64,000 nt of DNA from Flectonema sp. DT1601 (taxonomy: Eukaryota): positions 620,001-684,000 of the forward strand of contig OZ025804.1 in assembly GCA_964019425.1 (NCBI GenBank), read 5' to 3'. The translations under genes were made by a program, and so were the position numbers. The notes beneath the pieces were generated by a model. That model saw nothing but the letters and a program-made list of their open reading frames with translations. It made no database searches and had not been told where the DNA came from. Shown here one piece after another: positions 1-8,951 of this stretch; within the stretch, counting starts at the first letter, position 1, and each line of letters starts with the position of its first letter.

Positions 1-195
1 TTCGACTTTGTCGACTAATTTCTATTTTCCGTTTTTTTTTTTCTTTAAAAAATAAATAAAAAGAATTTAAAAAAAAATATAAAAGAATAAACAATGTTAT
101 CATTGTTTTTTTATCGATCGACTATGTCGATCACTTTCTATTTTCCGTCCTGATCGAGACGCTAAACTGATTGTTTCCTTTTTTTTAAATAATAA

Positions 196-230
<35 letters not shown>

Positions 231-461
231 ATTTCCCTGTTATCCTCATATCCCCACAATAATATTATACCTTTTCATTTTCTCTTTCCTTTTCTGGTCT
301 TTTTTTCTTTTTTTTCTTTTTTTTCCTTTTTCATACAAGGTTTTTTATTTATATTTTATTTTTTTTTTTTTTTATTTTTTCATGTTTGATTATTTCCTCT
401 TCAAATTTTTTTTTCTTTTCTTTCTTTTTTTTTTTTTCTCTGCCTCTCTCTTAATTCTGTT

Positions 462-629
462 CGTTTCTTTGAAACGAAAATTCATTTGAATATTATTCCT
501 TGGTCAGCAACCATCATTGTCGCCCTTTGGGCCTGTTAAAAAAAAATAAAAATAAAAAGAAAGTTTACATCGGGAATAGGGCAGGAGCCAAAAGCTCCCA
601 GTCCGTTACTTCCCACTTTATCGAAATTC
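462..629. repeat. 168-bp dispersed structured element, copy 1
   Basis: Near-identical to 9073-9240 (cgtttctttgaaacg...tttatcgaaattc). Confidence 0.9.
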
Positions 630-838
630 ACCGCACTAATATTTCTGCTCAGAATCGATTTTTTTCCAGCTGCATTTTTTTGCTGGTGCCTTACACAGCA
701 AAAAAGCAACCAAATTTTTTTCTACCACCAACCGGAAAAAACCGCACTAATCTTTTCTCAAAAAAAGCGCACTAATTTTTCCGCGCAGTAATATTTCCCC
801 GCAGTAATTATTCAGCGCAGTAATATTTCCAGTTGCAG
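630..838. mobile_element. Remnant terminal region of a pogo-like element (related family)
   Basis: Repeated cgca(c/g)taatatttc motifs ending ...ttgcag|TA, the same architecture as the pogo right end ...aatatttccctttacag|TA at 5041. Confidence 0.45.
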
Positions 839-867
839 TATTTTTATTTTTTTTTTTTATATTCTTT

Positions 868-899
<32 letters not shown>

Positions 900-1266
900 A
901 ATCCTTTTTATTATTTCAAAGAAAAAACAATCAGTTTAGCGTCTTCTACCAGGACGGAAAATAGAAAGTGATCGACATAGTCGATCGATAAAAAAACAAT
1001 GATAACATTGTTTACTCTTTTATATTTTTTTTTATTTTTTTATTTGTTTTTAAAAAAGAAAAAGAAAACAAGCGGAATTGATCATAATGGGTGGTAGGGG
1101 TTGTTATAACTTCGTTTGAAAATTCTTCTTTTTTGATTTCTTTTTTTTTTTTTTTTCTTTTTATAGGAGTTAAGATCACTTCAGGAGACAACACATAAAC
1201 GAGAGCAGCAAGCAGAGTTGACACTATCAATTCAAATTTGAAATACCGGGAATTTATTTACAAGGA

Positions 1267-1361
1267 GGTATCTCAAGTGACTTGGTATCTCTAGCGTGTC
1301 GGTATCTCTGGAGTGCTGGTATCTCGTATGTGCGTTGGTATCTCATGAGTGATGGTATCTC
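1267..1361. repeat. Array of six GGTATCTC motifs at ~17-bp period
   Basis: GGTATCTC at 1267, 1284, 1301, 1318, 1337 and 1354, with non-identical 9-11 nt spacers. Confidence 0.85.
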
Positions 1362-1674
1362 TTGTGCATTAAAGAAACGAAAAAAAATGTCATGACCATG
1401 ACGGAAGAATTGAGGAATTGAGTTAACATGTTCAATTTAACTTATTTAAACTTTTTTTTTTTTTTTAACAGACCGTAACTATTTGAAAATAAAATGTAGA
1501 TGGGAAACAGTGAAAAGTAAAATGGATGATAAAATTAAATGAGAAATATGACATAACAGACCAGATAGAGAGTATTAAAAGGTTAGTTAAAATTAAGACC
1601 GATTAGTCAGTTTAAGGTCTTGACTAGGACCAACAAAAAAAAAAAAAAAATAAATAAATAAATAGATAAATAAA

Positions 1675-2092
1675 TAACGATCAAGCTGAGCTGATCTTGT
1701 TTTTATTAAAATAAGGGGAGCAGGAGGGATGGAAGGATTAAAGGAAAAAAAAAAAGAAAAGGTCGATCAATTGGATCTGAACGTCGAGAAGAAGAAGACA
1801 ATCATTTTAAAGGTCGATCGGCATAGCCGATCGTTGAGAAAAATAAACAGATATAAATACAATCAGTTTAAATTTAAAAAAAAAAAAAAAAAAAGATTAA
1901 CGATCAAGCTGAGCTGATCTTGTTTTTATTAAAATAAGGGGAGCGGGAGGGATGGAAAGAATAAAGGAAAAAAAAAAAAAAAAAAAGTCGATCAATTAGA
2001 TCTGATCGTCGAGAAGAAGAAAACAATTATTTAAAAAAAATGATCGGTATAGCCGATCGTTGAGAAAAGAACAGATATAAATACAATCGGTT
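1675..2092. repeat. Two tandem copies of a ~220-bp GATC/TCGA-rich unit
   Basis: taacgatcaagctgagctgatcttgtttttattaaaataaggggagc... begins at ~1675 and again at ~1898. Confidence 0.85.
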
Positions 2093-2203
2093 TTGGTGAT
2101 CGACGAGTGGAGCGATCACTTGACAAGAAGGAAAAAAAAAAGGACCGATTAATTGGGGCTTTGGTTGTATTCCCAAGGCATGTTTTTTTTTTTTTTTTTT
2201 TTA

Positions 2204-2634
2204 TTATTCATTTACATTATTTTTATTTTTTTTAAATTAATAATCACATTTTGTTCAAAAATATTTCATATTAGAGTAAAAGAAAAAGAAAAAAAGAAAT
2301 AAGAGAAAAAAAAAAAAAAAAAAAAACCATTGCTGGCCCCCTCACCACTCATAGAGGATGAGGAGGCCAGTAAGGCGTCACTCAAATCTATGCCAAGCCT
2401 TGGGAACTTGGATTGGGGTTTAGACCATTTACAATTAACAATTAACAATTAATCTGATTAACGTTATGATCTGACGGACATAAACATATCGACAAAATAT
2501 TACAAACAAAACGAACAATAAATAATAAATAAGCTATTAAACTAAATAAACAAAGTGATGTGAAAGTAAGGAAAAAGAATTACAAGGGGGTGGAGTCACC
2601 GTGAACGTCATCAGCAGAACATCTCCTTCGATTA
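2204..2634 (-). mobile_element. 3' remainder of the same retrotransposon (last 17 codons, stop at 2580, putative 3' UTR)
   Basis: Removing pogo plus one TA restores the frame ...SRYRY-NRRRCSADDVHGDSTPL*; hairpin at 2333-2370; + strand poly-T at ~2184-2203 may be the poly-A tail (boundary uncertain). Confidence 0.55.
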
Positions 2635-5041
2635 CTGTAAAGGGAAATATTCTCGCGGGGAAATATTCTTGCGGGGAAATATTCTCGCGGGGAAATATTC
2701 TCGCGGATTTGGGGATTTTTTTTCAAACTCGCGGGTTTTTCCCCACAAGAATATTTCCCTGCCACAGAGGATTTCTGCTGTAAGAAATATTTCCCTGCAA
2801 CAAAAAAAATTTATTGCAGAGTTTATGTAAGGATTATTATTTTTATGTCCTGCATCAAGTGCAATCATGGTTGGAACCAAAAGTTAAAGGAATTTATTTG
2901 AACTTAGCAAACAAAAACAAACATACCAAGGGAACAACTAGTAATAATTGCTAAAGAATTTTACTGCAATGATTTAGATTTCTGTGTGTGTACATCATCA
3001 AGTTAAAAAAGTTATTTAAACCAGCAAACAAAACAACAATGCCAAAGGAACAGCCACTTATTACTTCCTTCCTAAAGAAGGATGGAAATACACCACCACC
3101 AAGATTCAACCTACCTGGACCAATAGTAAGAAGCATTGCTAGGCAAGTAAGAGAGGAAAAGGGAAAGAGAAATCAGGTGAAGTGGGAAAAAGAAGAACTG
3201 ATAGAGATAGGTAGGAGGATGTCAGTGGCCACCAACTTAGCAGCAGGGATCAGGGTGTGGAACCAAGGTGAAGGGAACAAGAGACTTGCAGAGACAACTG
3301 CAAGACATGCAGTTAAGCTTTATAGAGAAAGGAACAGTATGCAGGCAGTCAAGCGAAAAGCTGGAAGACCTTCCCACCTTTCAGAAACAAATGAAGAAGA
3401 GGTCTTAGCACACCTAAGGAACTTAAGAAGGTTTGGTGCTTCAATCAACAGTCTGGTAGTTAAGGCCACAGCCAAGGCCATATACTACAGAAATGACCCA
3501 CAAAGGGAAATTACATTCACAACTGAATGGGCAAAGAAGTTTATGGGTGCAAGAGGATTTGTTTGGCGCTCAGCAACTGCAAGTAAACCCCTTCAAGAGA
3601 AGAATCTCCTTGAAGCACAAAGGGAGTTTACAATGGAACTAAAACAGGCAATACATGACTGTGAAGTTCCACCCTGCTGTGTATTAAATATTGATCACAC
3701 AGGGCTACAGTTAACACCAGCACCAAAGAAGACCTTGGAACAAAGGGGCCACTCAAGTCCCAATTACTTGTGCCAATGATAAAAGGCAGATCACAGGTAT
3801 TGCTTGTGTTTCACAGGCAGGTGATATCCACCCCTTCTGTTTGATTGTACCTGGCAAAACTACTCGCAGTCAACCAAAGCTATCTCCTAATCTTCAGGGC
3901 AAATGTTTTATATTATCCTCTGGTTCAACAAACCATTTTGCCAATAAACAACTAACCAGGCAGTACATTGAATTTCACCTTCACCCAATCAGACTTAAGA
4001 TTGTTGAGAGTAACAATCTTGATGAAAACCAAATATTTATTATCCTTCTTGATCATTTTAGTGGCCAGGATGATTGTACCATGTTTGATTTCTTTTTATC
4101 CTTTGGCTACCTGCCAATATTTATACCAGCTGGTTGGACAGGTAAGCTACAACCACTGGACATTTCAGTTTTTGCTGGTTTGAAGCAAAGATTTAGAAAC
4201 AAGTTTTGTAATTGGTATTCTGAAGAGATAAATTCTATTTTAACAAAACAAAAAAAAAGGCAAAAGGAGATTGAGGAACTTCAAAGGGCTGCACAGGAAA
4301 CTGGACAGAACTTTGATGATTCTCAAATCCCTAAAATCCCAGTTTTACCTGATTTGCGAACATCTTCCCTAAGAGACAGGCAAGCAAGATGGGTTATTGA
4401 GTCTTACTATGAAACACCAAAGGAGACTATTATTGCTGGCTTTAACAGGGCACTTACCCCTTATCATCTAGGTGAATCCCAGTCAATTTCAGACACAACT
4501 AGCTTTTATGCAGTTGATGGCTCCCAAACCACTATTGATGTTGATGATCTTTCAGGCTACTATTCTGACCCAGATTCTTCAATTTCTTCAGTTCCTAATC
4601 CTAACAGTGTTCAGGATTTTGAAGAAGTACCTGAAATTGAAGTAGGACCTGAAGTTATCAACATTGATTAAATCTATGTTTTCCCCTATATTTTTCTCCC
4701 TATTTTATAAATTCCCTTAGCTTGTTTCTATTTACTTTTAATTTTGTTTTCTTCTCTCTTTTGTATAAGTTCCCTCACAGCAATTTGAATGATTCAATTT
4801 ATATGTTCACTTCTAATTATATTTTTCTACTTACAGCACACCAATAAAATATAACTGCACTAAATAAATTTTCCTAGTTTATTGTATTTTCACACCTTTT
4901 CTTTCACAAGGGGAAAAAAAAAATGGCTGGGCAAAATGTTTGTTAGCAGGGAAATATTCTCGCGGGGAAATATTCTCGCGGATTTAGGAAAAATGAGAAA
5001 AACTCGCGGGTTTTTCCCCACAAGAATATTTCCCTTTACAG
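2635..5041 (+). mobile_element. pogo/Tigger-superfamily DNA transposon, ~2.4 kb, TA target-site duplication
   Basis: TA|CTGTAAAGGGAAATATTC at 2633-2652 and GAATATTTCCCTTTACAG|TA at 5024-5043; 17-bp subterminal repeats (gggaaatattctcgcgg); internal transposase. Confidence 0.92.
3039..4671 (+). pseudogene. pogo transposase (CENP-B-type HTH + DDE_1, DD35D) with one frameshift near 3745-3750
   Basis: GRP..L, W..KF..R.GF..R, NIDHTG, DKRQIT..G..P..I..GKT, LLD, and IPAGWTGKLQPLD with 35 residues between the 2nd and 3rd D; the two ORFs join if one G is added to the aggggcc run. Confidence 0.88.
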
Positions 5042-8000
5042 TATAACGATATCTTGATGGAGGGGTCCGTTTTTTCAGAGTTGAACGCTCAGACTTTCTC
5101 GGCGGAGTTTCAATTTCCTCATGTTCTTCTGTGTCTGGCGGACTCAAACCTTCTGCCCATGAAGCTAATTGGAACTTCAGGGCCGCAATTTGAGACCGTG
5201 CCAAGGCGAGTTGAACATTTAAATCGCTCGCCAGTCCCGTTAACATCATGGATTGCTCAAGCTGCTCTGCGTGAGTTGTACACCGTTGGTGATTCAGCTC
5301 CGAGAGGCGAAGTTGGGCATCCAAAAGTTGTTCTGAGAGCTCTGCCGCTTTCTCGTTTGTTTCGAGAGAGTCATCTACTGCTCGACAGTAGTTCTCGAGT
5401 AAGTCAATCCTACCCTCGGACCATTGTCTCGCAATAGGTGTATTCTCTTTAACGGAGATAACGTGACTCTCTTGTCGTAAAATCTTGGTCAGCGTGCGGT
5501 CGAGAGCTTCACTCTGCGGCATTGTCGGAGGAATTGAGGCTAGAGGACAAAGAGGGGTGATATAATTAAGGGTAGGGATAAGGGGTTTAATAAGAGGAGT
5601 AAAAAGACTACTCGTAGTTATAAAGAGCGAGAGGTAGTTCTTTGCTATCTTCATCATAGCAACAGATTCATACAAAATAGGGGATCGGGGGGAAACTTGT
5701 TGACTAAAGTGGGTCATGTGGGGACGTGCGGCACGCAAACTCTCGACCTCCTGTTGAGTATAGAAAAGTCTTATTTTACTTTCTCTTTCCTCATTACATT
5801 TGGTCTCCAATTCGTTCGACAGAAGAACAAACCTTTGATGGTAATTGAAAAGCGCCATTTCCGATAGGTCTGCTTTCTGAGTCAGATTTGCGAGCTCACG
5901 TTTCCTGTAATCTTCCACTAAGTCATATTGACGAACTAGTGCAGAAAGAGAAGTCTTCGATTCATCGCGTTCTACTGTTAACCGTTGAATTACTCCTTCC
6001 AGAAGTTCATATTCTTTTCTATCTTTTTCAATAATTAAAACAGGGGGCGCAGGAGGAAGTGAGGATGGATCCTGGTTGGTAGCTTTGATCTCAACAGGTA
6101 ATCCATTTAGTAACTGCTTGTCTTTCTCGAGGGAGGCTGACATCGCATTAAAGTAAAATAAAAATAGAACATAAAAAAATCGTTCTTTCATTTGTTCTAA
6201 TTCGTTTTCTAAAATCTGGCATTTCAAGGAAAGTTTCAGCCTTAATCTTCCTTTTTTTTCTTTGTACAAGGGGGTTTGAGAACCAATGTCAGATTGACAT
6301 CTTAACACCATAGCAAAATCAGTAGGGAGTGTTTGCGATCCCGTTGACGTGAGTTCAGGTGGGGGGATCTGGAAAGAGATGGAAGAAATAGAAGAGAATG
6401 ACAAGGAGAGTCCAGTGAGCTCATCCTCATCTAACAAAACAGAAGGGGCCGGGGAGGAAGAACCATTGGCAATAAGTAGAATAGAAAGAGCCGATGCGTA
6501 ACAAGTTTGCCAGATAAAACATTTCTCAAGCCACGATCTTTCAATGGTGAGCTTTTCGATCGTTTTCAGTTTTGTTACTTTGTGGATTTTGACTTCTTCT
6601 ACAGGGAAGATTTCTTTACCATCTTTTATAAAACTTGCAGTGGCAGGTTCTTCTTTAATGCTGCGCATTAGAGGTCTTGAATGCCATGTGGGGAGGTTCC
6701 TCGTCTGGAACAGAACATATGAGCACTGTCTGGCGATTCTGGTGCATTCACAAAATAAAGCTTTTGTTGGTGCTAAAGGTGAACCGATGTGACGTGTCCA
6801 GATGTTCAGCTGGTCCATGCAGATGTTTCCTCGTACGCCAACTTCAATAGTAAAAATGTTACAGTCGAAGCCATTAGCGATGATCGAGTCTCTTAGCTTT
6901 AGGTATTTCTTTTCCTTTAAGACATGAGAGGTTTCGAAACGATCTTCATTTGGACACGTCAGCTCCAGAATCAGTGCTCTTTTCGCAAAAAAAGAATAAA
7001 TAAAAATGTCTGGTCTTAGAGAGGACGAGACATGGCACACTTCAAGAGGAACAATTAGGCGGTTATCACCGACATCGTCGAGGATGACCCAATCATTCGC
7101 TAGTGAAAGTTCGCCTGTCTCTTTAGAAATTCTTTCTAGGGGTTTATTTTCCCCTGTTTTTAAAAAAGTTTGAGAGGGAGGCGGGAGGTTTTCTTTTCTT
7201 TTGTTGGCTTTTATTATCAACTCTTCCAAGAAGATAACAATGCGTTTTAGAACGCTGTCGTGACGCCACGTGAACCTCCCTTGTGTTAAAGAGACAGGAC
7301 AGCCTGTTAAGACATGCCTGAGGGTAGGATTCACTTTGCCACACAAGACACAATTTTGGTCCACATTGGTGATGTTCCACCTCTTTAAATTATCTTGTGA
7401 GGGGAGGGTGTTTGTAACCGCTTTCAGTTGAAATGAGATATAGGCAGGATTTCCCTCCCTAAGTACCTTATTCCAGGTGAAGTCGTTTATCATACATTTA
7501 GACCACTCCTTCCACTGACCTTGGACTTGTAATTTATTCAAAGAGTTCAGTAGTTCATCTGTGGCTTCCACTTCAAAACGCTTAAGGAGATCGGGGCGAG
7601 TAGTACGTAGATCGCGCAATCGGTGACCAAGACCAGCTGATTGCTTCGCAAGAGAACGGTAAGAAAAAAACTTAATAAGGCGCTCCCACTCAGCAGAAGC
7701 TGAAAATTTTTTCGACCAATTGGACGATTTCTCCATAATAACATTGTAGACACCGTGCATGTCAGAGTCCTGTGAGGATCTGAGGATGTCTAGTTTAATT
7801 GATTGCGCTTGTTTATATAGCGTCTCAACTCTTTTGTGTCTGAGACCAACAGTGTTCTTTGAACCGGTAAAAAGGATGACTGTGTTCGCAGAGCGGACAA
7901 ATCCCCACCATTTCTTCAAAAAAGGTTTAATAATTTTGTCCATTTTTTTGGCAAAAGGGAGAGATAAGTCATGGATCATTAAACTCCATGTTAACCTGGA

Positions 8001-8366
8001 CAATAACAAGTGTTGGACAGACCAAGCCTTCTGAGACCCATATAGTGGCATGGCGTCGACTTTTTTTAAAAAATTCCTGGTAAAAGTGGTCAGGCGCTCT
8101 CGCAATTTCTGTTCTTTGGCGTTCGGCTCAAACCAACGCCCGAGGTATTTGAACTCTCCAGCTTCCTGGAGATTCGTAATCGGAACATTGTTAATCTTCA
8201 GGTCCGGGTTAGCTGGTTTCCCTTGTACAAAGCTGTGGGCAATGCATTTCTGGGGTTTCGCTTTCATACCACGAGACCAGGAAAGAAACTGTTCGAGCGA
8301 CTTGATTAGCAATTTTGCCCCCGCCTTTGATGACGTGGTAAGTTGTAAATCATCAGCAAAAGCTGC
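5042..8366 (-). mobile_element. 5'-truncated non-LTR retrotransposon with restriction-like endonuclease (HERO-like); ORF = RT C-terminus + CCHC zinc finger + RLE + long extension
   Basis: In-frame FADD (8360-8349), FKYLG, CVLC..LRHVL.GC, QGRFTWRHDSVL, LRPDI...ILELTCP.E...KKY, IEVGVRG; the frame stays open up to the pogo insertion at 5041. Confidence 0.9.
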
Positions 8367-8572
8367 AACAGACCAGAACAGAAAGAGAATTGTAATAGAA
8401 GATTACAAATAAAAAAATGCAAGTATCAACACATGATCAGGATACACCAGCAGCTAACAAACAACATAAAATTGAAGATCAGTTGCCAGAGTATTTCAAC
8501 CATGGTAGAATACTCGCCCCTCTGGCAGGGATTATCCCAGACTTGTCCTTTAATTTAGTTGGACACCATGGC

Positions 8573-8674
8573 ATTCTTGTGGGGAAAAACCCGCAAGTTT
8601 GAAAAAAAATCTCCAAATCCGCGAGAATATTTCCCCGTGGGAATATTTCCCCGCGAGAATATTTCCCTTTACAG
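8573..8674 (-). mobile_element. Orphan pogo left end in inverted orientation
   Basis: Reverse complement of ~2635-2752 with one fewer 17-bp unit, ending ccctttacag|TA. Confidence 0.85.
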
Positions 8675-8758
8675 TAAATAAAAAAGGATATATAAAAAAA
8701 AAATAAAAAAGAAAAAAAAATAAACAATGTTATCATTGTTCTTTTTATCGATCGACTA

Positions 8759-8882
8759 CTGTAAAGGGAAATATTCTCGCGGGGAAATATTCTTGCGGGG
8801 AAATATTCTCGCGGATTTGGAGATTTTTTTTCAAACTTGCGGGTTTTTCCCCACAAGAATATTTCCCTGCCACAGAGGATTT
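8759..8882 (+). mobile_element. Orphan pogo left end
   Basis: TA|ctgtaaagggaaatattctcgcgggg...gccacagaggattt, matching 2635-2774. Confidence 0.85.
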
Positions 8883-8951
8883 TTGTGAAAGCCAGCCAGT
8901 TGATCAAGTATCTAAGAAATCTTTGTGCTTCCATCAAGTGTCAGGTAGAAC

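Larger units (their letters stand above)
52..1030. repeat. Inverted repeat pair (~52-200 and ~900-1030) enclosing ~700 bp; MITE/foldback-like
   Basis: aaacaatgttatcattg...tcgatcgactatgtcgatcactttctattttccgtcctg...gacgctaaactgattg at ~89-175 is the reverse complement of ~927-1013; part of it recurs at 8675-8758. Confidence 0.75.

Noticed and set aside
1267..1361. CRISPR-like appearance of the GGTATCTC array
   Set aside because: Repeat (8 nt) and spacers (9-11 nt) are far too short, there are no cas genes, and the context is eukaryotic
4890..5041. Listed C-terminus of the 1140-aa ORF and the small ORFs at 2580-2880 and 8417-8937
   Set aside because: These are translations of pogo TIR repeats
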